Virus record (IMG/VR): IMGVR_UViG_3300033405_000003
Reading direction: 5' to 3' (one strand)
Origin: a virus
Taxonomy: Duplodnaviria > Caudoviricetes
DNA: 64,000 nucleotides
Position numbers and translations under genes: made by a program. Numbering within the stretch: position 1 is the stretch's first letter; every line of letters starts with the position of its first letter. Shown here piece by piece: positions 29,761-39,263 of the stretch. The notes beneath the pieces are model-generated. The model searched no databases and was not told the origin of the DNA. It saw nothing but the letters and a program-made list of their open reading frames with translations.

Positions 29761-29834
29761 GGGTCCATCGTCCAACACGTAGGATGTCTCCCCCACACGG
29801 AGAAGATGACCGTGCGAATCGGTCTGGACCTACC
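29761..29834 (+). tRNA. tRNA-Val(CAC)
   Basis: tctcc-cc-CAC-ac-ggaga. Confidence 0.8.
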
Positions 29835-29839
29835 GCCAC

Positions 29840-29915
29840 GGGAGGTGAGTGAGCTAGTGAACACGCTACCTCGACAAGGTAGTCTCGATGGGTGCGATCC
29901 CCATACCTCCTACCA
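29840..29915 (+). tRNA. tRNA-Val(GAC)
   Basis: ctacc-tc-GAC-aa-ggtag, 3' ACCA. Confidence 0.8.
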
Positions 29916-29917
29916 GC

Positions 29918-29991
29918 GGACACGTCTCTGGGAGTTACCAGAAGCGCGTCTTATAAGCGCGTAAAGAGCGGCGCACCTCCGCACGTGTCCA
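29918..29991 (+). tRNA. tRNA-Ile(TAT), degenerate T arm
   Basis: cgcgt-ct-TAT-aa-gcgcg; ggacacg/cgtgtcc. Confidence 0.7.
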
Positions 29992-30042
29992 CGGATCTTG
30001 GTCTGTTATCTTCACTTCACACGTCACTGCGAACTACAACTC

Positions 30043-30118
30043 GGGCGCATCGTCCAACGGTTTAGGACGGCTCTCTGATAAGGAGCAAATCAAAGTTCAA
30101 CTCTTTGTGCGCCTACCA
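30043..30118 (+). tRNA. tRNA-Ile(GAT)
   Basis: gctct-ct-GAT-aa-ggagc, 3' ACCA. Confidence 0.9.
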
Positions 30119-30137
30119 GCCCCGAAACGGATTTGCC

Positions 30138-30671
30138 ATGTCCCCCACGACCACCCTCATCCTCAACCACTACATGCTCCCGCACAGGGTCAGCACCTGG
30201 CAGGAGGCCATCACGGAGCTTTTCACCGACAAGGTCGAGATCCTCCGATGGTACGACGACGTCGTTGTCTACCACAACGCCGAGCGCGGCATCACGATGA
30301 AGATGCCGGCCGTCGCGCGCCTGCTCAAGCCAGTCGCGACGCACAAGAAGGGCGTGAAGTTCTCGAGGGTCAACGTCATGGCCCGTGACAACTTCGTCTG
30401 CCAGTACTGCGGCAACAAGTTCGCGATGTCCGAACTCAACTACGACCACGTCCTGCCCCGCGTGCAGGGCGGCAAAACGGTCTGGGAGAACATCGTCACG
30501 AGCTGCTACGACTGCAACGACAAGAAGGGCGCCCGCACCCCCGAGCAGGCGAAGATGAAGCTCATTCGCAAGCCCTTCAAGCCCAAGACCCTCCCCCTCG
30601 CGCAGCCCGTCCTCGCGATGAGGGACATCCCTCTCGAGTGGGAACCCTGGACGGGTAGCGTCGCGGTGTAA
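30138..30671 (+). CDS. HNH endonuclease
   Basis: FSRVNVMARDNFVCQYCG, DHVLPR, WENIVTSCYDCNDKKG. Confidence 0.92.
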   Translation: MSPTTTLILNHYMLPHRVSTWQEAITELFTDKVEILRWYDDVVVYHNAERGITMKMPAVARLLKPVATHKKGVKFSRVNVMARDNFVCQYCGNKFAMSELNYDHVLPRVQGGKTVWENIVTSCYDCNDKKGARTPEQAKMKLIRKPFKPKTLPLAQPVLAMRDIPLEWEPWTGSVAV

Positions 30672-30708
30672 AAACCGCGACGCGCGCCGCGCAGAACACG
30701 CGGCGTCT

Positions 30709-30782
30709 CGGAGTGTGGCTCAGTCTGGTAGAGCGCTCGGCTGGGGGCCGAGAGATCACAGGTTCAAATCCTGTCACTCCGA
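30709..30782 (+). tRNA. tRNA-Pro(GGG)
   Basis: ctcgg-ct-GGG-gg-ccgag, canonical. Confidence 0.92.
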
Positions 30783-30797
30783 CTGTAATCTCGGAAC

Positions 30798-31004
30798 ATG
30801 AAGAACGACGACGCGAACGAGTTCATGATCCCGAAGGAGGAGTGGGACGCGGTCTGCGCCGAGATCAAGTCGAAGAACCCAGACTTCGACGAGAACGATC
30901 TCCAGTGCAAGATGATCGCAGCGCAGGCGTGGTGCGTGAGGGAGATCAAAAAGCTCAGGACCCACAAGCACGCGCCGCCCCTCGAGCTGATGCGATTCAG
31001 GTGA
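30798..31004 (+). CDS. small hypothetical protein
   Basis: ORF with codon bias between tRNAs. Confidence 0.6.
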   Translation: MKNDDANEFMIPKEEWDAVCAEIKSKNPDFDENDLQCKMIAAQAWCVREIKKLRTHKHAPPLELMRFR

Positions 31005-31014
31005 TTTGAGAATT

Positions 31015-31104
31015 GGAGAGTGAACCCGGCAGGGCCGGGGCTCGGTTGGAAGCCGATGCGGCGGCTGTATAAGCCGCTGGATTTCGAATATTCCGCTCTC
31101 CGCC
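31015..31104 (+). tRNA. tRNA-Ser(GGA), 8/4 fold
   Basis: 8-bp acceptor, 4-bp T stem, 6-bp D stem, long V arm, G73. Confidence 0.85.
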
Positions 31105-31127
31105 CAGGACGAACAGGACGACACCAC

Positions 31128-31215
31128 GGAAGGGAAACCAGCGAGGAGCTGGGCCTGATTCGAAATCAGTGCGACGTGGCAACACGTTGGGAATCGTGCT
31201 CTCTCCCTTCCGCCA
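31128..31215 (+). tRNA. tRNA-Ser(CGA), 8/4 fold
   Basis: ggaaggga/tcccttcc, 3' GCCA. Confidence 0.85.
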
Positions 31216-31216
31216 C

Positions 31217-31306
31217 GGAAGACGAACCGGTCGGGCGACCGGGCCCGCTTTGAACACGGTGCGAGCGCCCCGCGCGCTTGTGACTCGAGATCACCGTCTT
31301 CCGCCA
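31217..31306 (+). tRNA. tRNA-Ser(TGA), 8/4 fold
   Basis: ggaagacg/cgtcttcc, gtga/tcac, 3' GCCA. Confidence 0.8.
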
Positions 31307-31307
31307 C

Positions 31308-31395
31308 GGAAATCGAACCCGCAGGGTGCGGGGCTGGTTTGCTAAACCATGCGGCGTCGAAAGGCGCTGAGAATCGTGCTCTCCGATTTCCGCCA
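31308..31395 (+). tRNA. tRNA-Ser(GCT), 8/4 fold
   Basis: ggaaatcg/cgatttcc, gaga/tctc, 3' GCCA. Confidence 0.85.
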
Positions 31396-31469
31396 CGGGC
31401 TGTCAGTTTGACGGCAGCCCTCGCGTCGGGTACCACCGCCGCGTCATTCCTCGGAAAGGAACATTTGCC

Positions 31470-33161
31470 ATGACACGCTACTCGACCCACGTCTCGAACC
31501 TCTCCACCCCGCAGCGCGAGAAGGCCCGCCCCGACCAGGTGGAGAACAACGCCGGGGGCTTCGTCTTCCAGCTCGACTGCTGGCAGCGCCTCGACAGGTT
31601 CCTCGTTCTCGGAACCGAGGGCGGCACGTACTACGCTGGCGAGAAGGAGCACACGATCCAGGCCTCGAAGGCCGTGGAGGAGTGCATCAGGGCCGACGGG
31701 CCGCGCACGGTCGCGCGCATCGTCGAGATCTCGGACGGGGGCCGCGCGCCGAAGAACGACCCCGCCATCTTCGCGCTCGCGATGTGCGCCGGGGCCGACG
31801 GCCCCGCGACGCGCCAGGCCGCGCTCGCCGCGCTGCCGAAGGTGTGCCGCATCGGCACGCACCTCTTCCACTTCGCCGCAGACGTCGAGTACTTCCGGCG
31901 CTGGGGCCGGTCGCTGAGGACCGCCGTCGCCAAGTGGTACAACGACAAGACCGCGAGCGACCTCGCGTACGACTGCATCAAGTACCAGCAGAGGGACGGC
32001 TGGGCGCACCGGGACGTCCTGCGCCTCGCGCACCCGACGCCCAAGACCCCCGAGCACGCGGCGATCATGCGCTACGTGACCGTCGGTATGGCCGGCATGT
32101 CGGAGAAGCGCGAGAAGCACGCGCGCGACAAGGCGCACGACAAGGACAAGCTCCCGGCGATCATCGCCGCGTTCGAGGAGATCCACTCGGCCGGCGTCAC
32201 GCCCGGCCGCGCGGCGCGCCTCATCTCGGAGTTCAGGCTCCCCCACGAGTGCGTCCCGAACGAGATGAAGAACGAGAAGATCGTGTGGGAGGCGCTCCTC
32301 GAGCACATCGGCCCGACTGCGCTCATCAGGAACCTCGGCAAGCTCTCGAGCCTCGGAATGACGAAGCCGATGGGCGAGCATACGAAGCTCATCGCCGAGA
32401 AGCTCGCCGACAAGGCCGCGCTCAAGAAGGGACGCGTTCATCCGATGACCGTCCTCTACGCGATGAAGACCTACGCGGGAGGGCACGGCCTGAAGGGCTC
32501 GCTCTCGTGGACGCCGGAGCGCGCCGTCGTGGACGCGCTCGACGACGCCTTCTACGCGAGCTTCGACGTGATCGAGCCGACGGGCAAGGCGACGTTCCTC
32601 GCGCTCGACGTGTCGGGCTCGATGGGCACGCCCATAGGCGGCACCTCGCTCACGTGCCGCGAGGCCAGCGCAGCGATGGCGATGGTCACCGCGCGCGCCG
32701 AGAAGAACTGGGCGTGCGTCGGGTTCACGTCCGGCGGGCGCGGCTACGGCGGGATGCACGGCGGCGACCCGTCCGGCGTCACCGAGCTGAAGGTCAGCCC
32801 GCGCCAGAGGCTCGACGACGTCGTCAAGGCGATCTCGGGCCTGCCGTTCGGAGGGACGGACTGCGCCCTGCCGATGCTCCACGCGACCAAGCACAACCTC
32901 GCCGTCGACGTCTTCCACGTCTACACGGACAACGAGACGTGGGCCGGGGCAGTCCACCCGTTCCAGGCGCTCGAGCAGTACCGGCAGAAGTCGGGTCGGG
33001 ACGCCAAGATCTGTGTCGTCGGGATGACGGCGACCGAGTACACCATCGCCCAGCCCGGTTCGGAATGGATGAAGGACGTCGGCAAGAACCCGAGGTCGCT
33101 CAACGTGATCGGGTTCGACACGACGGCGCCGAGCATCATGGCGGAGTTCGCGCGGGGGTGA
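31470..33161 (+). CDS. rsr: Ro60 / TROVE-domain RNA-binding protein with vWA domain
   Basis: NNAGGFVF, RFLVLGTEGGTYY, KYQQRDGWAHRDVLRLAHP, LDVSGSM, GGTDCALPM, TDNETW. Confidence 0.96.
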   Translation: MTRYSTHVSNLSTPQREKARPDQVENNAGGFVFQLDCWQRLDRFLVLGTEGGTYYAGEKEHTIQASKAVEECIRADGPRTVARIVEISDGGRAPKNDPAIFALAMCAGADGPATRQAALAALPKVCRIGTHLFHFAADVEYFRRWGRSLRTAVAKWYNDKTASDLAYDCIKYQQRDGWAHRDVLRLAHPTPKTPEHAAIMRYVTVGMAGMSEKREKHARDKAHDKDKLPAIIAAFEEIHSAGVTPGRAARLISEFRLPHECVPNEMKNEKIVWEALLEHIGPTALIRNLGKLSSLGMTKPMGEHTKLIAEKLADKAALKKGRVHPMTVLYAMKTYAGGHGLKGSLSWTPERAVVDALDDAFYASFDVIEPTGKATFLALDVSGSMGTPIGGTSLTCREASAAMAMVTARAEKNWACVGFTSGGRGYGGMHGGDPSGVTELKVSPRQRLDDVVKAISGLPFGGTDCALPMLHATKHNLAVDVFHVYTDNETWAGAVHPFQALEQYRQKSGRDAKICVVGMTATEYTIAQPGSEWMKDVGKNPRSLNVIGFDTTAPSIMAEFARG

Positions 33162-33173
33162 TATAGGAAGATC

Positions 33174-33238
33174 GTTCGGGTCGTAGCGGTTGCGTTACCT
33201 GGCAAATGTAACCCGCAGCCGCGATTCTTCATCCGAAC
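33174..33238 (+). ncRNA. minimal Y-RNA-like RNA
   Basis: GTTCGGGTCG...GTTACC...CTTCATCCGAAC directly after Ro60. Confidence 0.75.
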
Positions 33239-33249
33239 ATAGATTGTTG

Positions 33250-33380
33250 GTTCTGGGTCGCAGTCATTCGCTAATCAAACAGCACGTCGCGGGTTCGAGT
33301 CCCGCCTCGGCCGAAAGGCTCGAGTAGCTCAGTTGGCAGAGCAGCCGTCAAAACGCGAGAGACGATTCTTCATCCAGAAC
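33250..33380 (+). ncRNA. YrlA-type Y RNA (tRNA mimic)
   Basis: Ro stem plus T arm, loop-closed acceptor, D arm. Confidence 0.85.
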
Positions 33381-33420
33381 AGTTTTTCCAAAAAGGGAGA
33401 AAAGAAAGAGCAAGAGTTCA

Positions 33421-33553
33421 CTGTCGGGTCGTTGAAATTCGGTTACCGCCTAACATGCGGGTAACGCTGGTTCGAATCCAGCCGGCACCCTAAAAAGCGC
33501 TGTCGTCTAGTGGTCAGGACACCTAACCCCGAGCTTCGCCCTTCATCCGACAG
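33421..33553 (+). ncRNA. YrlA-type Y RNA (tRNA mimic)
   Basis: Ro stem; ccgc-ctAACat-gcgg, T arm, closed acceptor, D arm. Confidence 0.85.
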
Positions 33554-33574
33554 GATTTTTCAGAAAGAAAAACG

Positions 33575-33710
33575 CCGCTGGGTCGGCCGTGTTCGATTAC
33601 CCATTAGGAGGCGGAGGATGCCTGGTTTGAATCCGGGTCAGACCGACAATCGGTCTGTAGCTCAGGGATAGAGCGCCGAAAATCTTCGAGCGCACCTCTT
33701 CATCCAGCGG
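33575..33710 (+). ncRNA. YrlA-type Y RNA (tRNA mimic)
   Basis: Ro stem; T arm, cagaccga/tcggtctg, D arm tagctcagggatagagc. Confidence 0.85.
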
Positions 33711-34079
33711 AGCGGCTTTGCCTAATGAATCGGATCCCGACCCAAATAGCTGGGCATCAGCACGAATCGTTGGGCAACGTCGTCGCCGATCAGTGCAGAA
33801 CGATCGCGCCGATGAAGGCCGCGAGGGCCGCCGCAGGATGCTTCTTGTTGGCCTTCGTCGCCGGGATCTTCACTTTCACGAGCGGGAAGGTCAGCTCGAG
33901 ATTCTCGCGCGTAGGCCAGGCAGAGCCTGCCAGGAACATGTTGTTCATTGCTAACTCCGGTGAATGACGTGGACGTGAGCGCGCTAACGCTCACTGGCCT
34001 GGCAGACTCTGCCTGACCTGCCTTCAGACTAACACGTGGACGTGAGGCCGCCCACCCGTTCAGTCTCGCCGTGAACTGG

Positions 34080-34316
34080 TCACTCTCGGCGTTTAGGCGT
34101 TTCGATAAGGTCGCCGAGCGGCACATCAAGCGCATTCGCGAGCTTGACGAGCGTGTGAACCGTCGGACTTCGTGTGCCTCTTTCGAGCTGCGAGATCCAC
34201 TGCGGTGTCGCCCGGATCTTCTGCGCCAGATCGCCCTGCGATAATTGCTTCGCGACGCGTAGCTCGGCGATCCTCTTTCCGAGCTGTTTGACGACGCGAT
34301 CGGGGTCGTAGCGCAC
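34080..34316 (-). CDS. XRE-family transcriptional regulator
   Basis: LSQGDLAQKIRATPQWISQLERGTRSPTVHTLVKLANALDV. Confidence 0.88.
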   Translation of the reverse strand: MRYDPDRVVKQLGKRIAELRVAKQLSQGDLAQKIRATPQWISQLERGTRSPTVHTLVKLANALDVPLGDLIETPKRRE

Positions 34317-34390
34317 GAACGTACGCTTTCAGGCGAAGCCCAGCGCAGGTAGAAAGCAGTTGCTTCACAAAGCAGTTGCTTTGCATGCGC

Positions 34391-34665
34391 ATGGAACGAC
34401 GATGGCCACCATGAGGAAGCTCATTCAGGCAGTATGCTTCGGGTTACTCGTCGTCGCCGCGGCAGCATGTTCGTCGCCCAATCCGAACACGTGCGCCCAG
34501 GTTGGTGATTCCTGTAACGGCGGCAACGACTGCTGCAGCGGCAGTTGCGGCGGCGGAACATGCCAGTGCACCAATTCTGGCTCGTGTGACTCTGATGGCG
34601 ACTGCTGTGGGAGCGGCACCTGTAGCAACAACGGCAACACTTCGTCGCTTGGGAGTTGCCACTGA
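34391..34665 (+). CDS. Cys-rich lipoprotein
   Basis: lipobox AAAC; CxxxxDCCSGxC repeats; start uncertain. Confidence 0.7.
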
Positions 34666-35228
34666 TGATGCGCACGTCGGTGGTGGGCCTTCTCGTCGTC
34701 GCATCCGCGGCCTTTGGCTGCAACTCCTCCAGCGGCGGAGCCGACGCCGGTGCCACCCTAGGCAACAATGCGAACGTCCCGTCCGCGTGCCAGATGTGTC
34801 TGAGCCAAGCGTCGGGCAACGACTGCGCGACGCAGGCTAAGAACTGCGAGGGCGACTCCGTTTGCACCTCGCTCAACAAGTGCGTCGACCAATGCGCCAA
34901 CTTCACGAACTGTCCCTCCAACTGCGAGAGCAGCGCGTCGTCGAACGCAACGAGCGAATGGGTGAGTTGGTGGACGTGCGCCTGTTCGGACTGCGCGGTC
35001 CAGTGCGGGACGACGTTCTGCCCGACCGCTGCGAACAACGACGCGGGCAACGACGCAGGTTCGTGTCTCGCCGACAACATCGCGTGCACGACCAGCAACC
35101 AGTGTTGCTCCGCAGTATGCGCGGGCGACAACTTCTGCGGGTGCACCCAAGCGGGAAGCCCATCGCAGGAATCCGATTGCTCAGACTGTTGCAGCGGCAA
35201 CTGCGACGGGCAGGGCAACTGCTTGTAG
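34665..35228 (+). CDS. Cys-rich lipoprotein (myxobacterial type)
   Basis: lipobox AFGC, DAG linkers, many Cys. Confidence 0.75.
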   Translation: MMRTSVVGLLVVASAAFGCNSSSGGADAGATLGNNANVPSACQMCLSQASGNDCATQAKNCEGDSVCTSLNKCVDQCANFTNCPSNCESSASSNATSEWVSWWTCACSDCAVQCGTTFCPTAANNDAGNDAGSCLADNIACTTSNQCCSAVCAGDNFCGCTQAGSPSQESDCSDCCSGNCDGQGNCL

Positions 35229-35298
35229 GATCGCTGATGGGCAGCCAAAGCAAGCCGCAGGGACAGGATGATAACCTCGAGAGACCAGACGTGACCCA

Positions 35299-35574
35299 TC
35301 ACGTTTGCTCCGTGTGATGCCCGCAGTGCGGACAGGTACCGGGCGTGGGGAAGCGACCGGCGAGGACGTCGTCCACGCCAACCGACGCGAAACGCGCGAT
35401 GCGGACGGCCAGGCTCGCGCTGGCCACCTTGCGCGAGCATGCGATCTGTCCGAGCGTCGTCGCCTTGAAGTGCAAAGCCTTTGCAACTGGCTCCCACCCG
35501 CCGCAACGCGCCCGCAGGTAGCGGAGCGCGGTGCGGACGTTGGTCTGCTCGGCAGGCGTGAGGTCGGCGCTCAT
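35299..35574 (-). CDS. XRE-like HTH protein with CPHC, coupled to transposase
   Basis: ATGA overlap with transposase stop; similar to 12867/13250. Confidence 0.75.
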   Translation of the reverse strand: MSADLTPAEQTNVRTALRYLRARCGGWEPVAKALHFKATTLGQIACSRKVASASLAVRIARFASVGVDDVLAGRFPTPGTCPHCGHHTEQT

Positions 35575-36815
35575 TGTGACGCTCCGTTCGCGACAGGCGG
35601 GAGCCAGAACTTCGGCTCGATGTTGAACTCGTAGATCGAATGGACGAGCGTGGAGAGGTTGAAGCAGAGGCACTTCAGGAGCACCTCGTTCACCTGCGCT
35701 ACGGGCAGCTTGCTCCGAAGCGCGGCACCGAACTTCTTCTTCATCGCGCCGAACGTGCTCTCGACGTTGGAGCGCTTGTGGTAGTGCGCGAGGAAGTCTT
35801 CCTTGTTGAGGGAGTAGTAGTGAAACATCCGCTCCCACGCCGGGCTGCCCATGCTCTTCGAGTTGAGCTTGAACGGCACGAACGGCGTCGCGCCGACGCC
35901 CTCGACGATGGCGAGGTTCGCGTGGCTCAGGTAACCCTTGTCCGCGCTGATCTCCTTCATGTCGTAGCCGTGCGCAGCGGTGCGCTCGACGAGCGTCTTG
36001 AACATCGGTGAGTCGTGCACGGTGCTGTCGGTGACCGCGACGGACGTGATGATGTTGGTGACGGTGCCGATCATGGCATGGCACTTCACCCACTTCTGGA
36101 CGCGGCGATCTTCGCCGTGCTTGTAGTCGAACCATCGCACGTACGTCGGCGTTGCGAAGCCAGTCGCGTCGGCCGCGAAGTCGTGCTCGATGGCCTTGAG
36201 CGGCGTCGCGGCAAGCTCGACGAGGCTCGTCAGCACGGGCGTCAGCTCGGGCTTCTGGCAGTAGTTGAAGATCGAGTTGTAGTGCGGCTGCCGCGTCATG
36301 AGGCCTGCGGCCTTGCACGCCTTGATGTCCGTGGTCGCGCGTCGCCCGCTGACGGTCGTGTAGACCTTGGTCGCCATGCCGTACACCGCGTCCGCGAGCG
36401 GGATGGGCTTGGGACCGCGTCCGGGGTGTGGAGGCGTCACGATCGTGTCGCAGAGCGAGCGGAGGAGGACCTGGGAGACCTCCTTCTCGGTGCACTGCGC
36501 CGCGTTGTACGCGCGCCAGTCTTGGGAGTACGAGATGCGTTCTACGGTTTCGGTCACGACAGTCGTCCCGTCGGGCATCTGCACTTCGTGGCGGAAGTAC
36601 CGGAGTGCCCAGAGGTGCTTGCAGAGATCGCGATGCGTCTCGTAGTCCGGGCACGTACACTCGCTCTTGACCGCGTCGACGACGTAGCCGCTTCCCGAGT
36701 TTGTGGCCGACGGCACGAGAAACATGTCGCCAGAGATTTGCCGGAACAGCTTGGCGCGCCCCTTCGCGAGAGCGAGCCCCCGTTCCTGCCGAGGACTGAT
36801 GACTGCCGTATCCAT
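35571..36815 (-). mobile_element. DDE transposase (IS4/IS5/ISH3-like) with N-terminal SWIM Zn finger
   Basis: CTCPD...CKH; ADATG, ADKGY, YHKRSNVES; element ends not found. Confidence 0.88.
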
Positions 36816-36822
36816 ACCTAGA

Positions 36823-36882
36823 GTGTAGCCACGTTAGGGCTACAGTCCAGCCCTTGACGGGCGGGACCTAACGTGGCTACAC
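36823..36882. promoter_or_regulatory. 16-bp perfect inverted repeat carrying divergent -10 boxes
   Basis: GTGTAGCCACGTTAGG ... CCTAACGTGGCTACAC. Confidence 0.8.
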
Positions 36883-36888
36883 GTAGTT

Positions 36889-37071
36889 ATGGCGAGCAGA
36901 AAGAAGCGAAAGGACGTCATCAAGGACATCAGCATCCACATCAGGGTCACGGAGGACCAAAAGGCGGCGCTGGCCGAGGCGGCGGAATCGCTGGGTATCG
37001 GATTGTCGGCCTGGCTACTCTCCACCGCCATCCGCGAGGCACAGCGGTTAAAGAGCAAGCAGTCCGGCTAG
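36889..37071 (+). CDS. RHH protein (DUF1778-like)
   Basis: IHIRVTEDQKAALAEAAESLGIGLSAWLL. Confidence 0.75.
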   Translation: MASRKKRKDVIKDISIHIRVTEDQKAALAEAAESLGIGLSAWLLSTAIREAQRLKSKQSG

Positions 37072-37739
37072 GCGGCGGCGAGGGCTTCCGCGACCCACCA
37101 CCATCGCAGACGGATGATGAGCGGGCACACGAAGGCCTCGAACGGGCGGAACGGGTCCATGTGGACTCCTTTCGGCAAAAGAACAAAACTCAGCCCTTGC
37201 GCCGCGACATCCGACGATGGATACTCCCATCGTCCTCCTCGTCGAGGCGCACAACCTTCCCGTGCGAACTAGAGAGCCGTGTCGCGCCGCTAGCGCTTCA
37301 CGGCTCGTCACATTTCGGAGGGTGCTCGCGCGACCTCTCCGAAACGGCGACGGTTACTCGGTAGTCATTGGGTCCATCCTCTCGATCCGAACACATGCAC
37401 CCACAGCTCTGCTTTCGGGTGCGATCCGAACCACGAGAAGAGGTCACCTATTACCCCTGCGCGCAGTCACACGTGACGAGCATGGACCTACATTTTGTCC
37501 GACGAGGGCGCAAAGACTTTCTGTGAAATGATGGGCAGCGTACCGAACTGCTACTCAATCATTGGGCGCGCGGTCATCGTTGGGCAAAGCCCAGCGGATC
37601 TTTCCTCAAGAATACAGGTTCGGGCCGGAAGCGCGTGGGTTATCTACCTAAGATGAAGACCCCCACGCGCGCCCACTTCGTCCGGACTTTTTATTTTCGT
37701 GCCGTTGATTTGACGGCAGCTCGTGCATAGGATGGTACG

Positions 37740-38513
37740 ATGCAGGGCGTCGCCATGGCCGATCTAGGTGCGCCCGCCGACCTTTACCGCGAGATCAAGA
37801 CCGGGGGCCGGTGGGCGCGTCGCTCGGTCGCCGTCGGCGACCGCGTTGGCCAATCGATCGTCGTTCGAGACATCGGTCTGGTCGGCAAGTGCCGGCGCTT
37901 CGAGATCACGTGCCAGTTCTGCGGGGTCATTCAGATCCGCAGCGCGGGGCAGATCAACGCGGCGCTCCGCTACGAGCGTTCGATCACGTGCCCCCGGTGC
38001 CTGAGCGAAGGGCGTCTGGCCAAATGCCTCGACATCCAGGACAAGCGCCTCGAGCGCGTGCTCGGCGGTGGCCCGGTGTACACGCTCTACGAAGAGGACG
38101 CCATCTGCGACGGCGTCTTGAGCGACCTCGAAGCGGAGTTCGGACCGTTGACCCACGACGACATGCCGATCTCGGAGATGACCATCGCTGCTGGATGGCC
38201 GTACAGCGCGAACGTCCCCGCGAAGGACGCCGTCGCCGAGTACATCGGGGAGACCGAAGCCGAACGCGCCTGGCGCCACGAGATGAACAGCATCCTCTTC
38301 GCCAAGCGCGACCTCGAGTACCGCGCGGCCCTCCGCCGCGCGTACGAGCGCGACCAGGATAAGTTCACGGAGCGCGCTCACGAAGCAGCGAAGGCGCTCG
38401 AGTCGTTCGTTCTGGCGGGCGGGCAACTGAGCGTCACCCAGCCTCGCGATCCGTGCCCATGCAGCAGCGGGCTCGCGTTCGCCGACTGCCACGGTTCCGA
38501 CGACCAGTCTTAG
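37740..38513 (+). CDS. protein with C-terminal SEC-C motif
   Basis: PRDPCPCSSGLAFADCHG. Confidence 0.7.
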   Translation: MQGVAMADLGAPADLYREIKTGGRWARRSVAVGDRVGQSIVVRDIGLVGKCRRFEITCQFCGVIQIRSAGQINAALRYERSITCPRCLSEGRLAKCLDIQDKRLERVLGGGPVYTLYEEDAICDGVLSDLEAEFGPLTHDDMPISEMTIAAGWPYSANVPAKDAVAEYIGETEAERAWRHEMNSILFAKRDLEYRAALRRAYERDQDKFTERAHEAAKALESFVLAGGQLSVTQPRDPCPCSSGLAFADCHGSDDQS

Positions 38514-39263
38514 GCGTCAGCGCAGGCCGTGGCCCAAAGGCACGCGTCCCTTGCCGCCGCAGACCGAGCAACGCGGCGGCGGCACCGGGAAGTGCACGTC
38601 GCTGTCGTCGTCGTCGCCCGCGAACCTCGGGCCCGTGTCTTCGGTGCCGGATCCGCGGCACGCCTCGCAGAGCTTCGTCGCGCCGCGATCTTCGGTCATG
38701 GCAAGATACGTAGGGCCCGAGCGCCGGAAGGTGAAGACCTGCGCGCGATGCGGTAAGCTCCGAGCGATGGCGGACAAGAAGACGTGCAGCCAGTGCGGGC
38801 AGCAGCACGGCGAGTGCTTCATCTGCGAGTCGGTCTGCTTCGCCGATGGGTCCGTGGAGCGCGCACTCTTCGTCGGGTTCTGCGCGTCGCTCGGCGTGCA
38901 GCTCACGTCGGGCACCGGTCCCCATGCAGTCGTGCAGCTCATGCTCGGCAAACTCTGCAAGGAGCACCGAGAACTTTGGAACAAGGTCTCGAACCGGACG
39001 GTCTCGCGCATGCAGGCGGGTCGCTCGTGAATGGAGATCGCTCGGGCGAGGTCCCTTTCGCCGGCGTCGCCTGCGAGCACTGCAACAAACCCGGCGCCTC
39101 GCGCGAGGAAGAGGCTACCCACAACACCGGCGAGTGCCGGTGCGAGGGCTCGAGGAAGCTCTGCTGGCGCGCGTGGCTCGGCACCCGCTGCGACTGGCCC
39201 GAGGACGGTAACCCCTTCTACGTGATGAAGCCCGGCGAAATCACGTTCCACTGGGAGGACTGA

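Noticed and set aside
31217-31306. Selenocysteine tRNA
   Set aside because: Anticodon is TGA (reads Ser UCA), not TCA; it belongs to the four-member Ser set.
30774-32957. 727-aa minus-strand ORF and similar long antisense ORFs (e.g. 51292-53205, 53064-54869)
   Set aside because: Shadow ORFs of GC-rich genes on the opposite strand; some overlap tRNAs.
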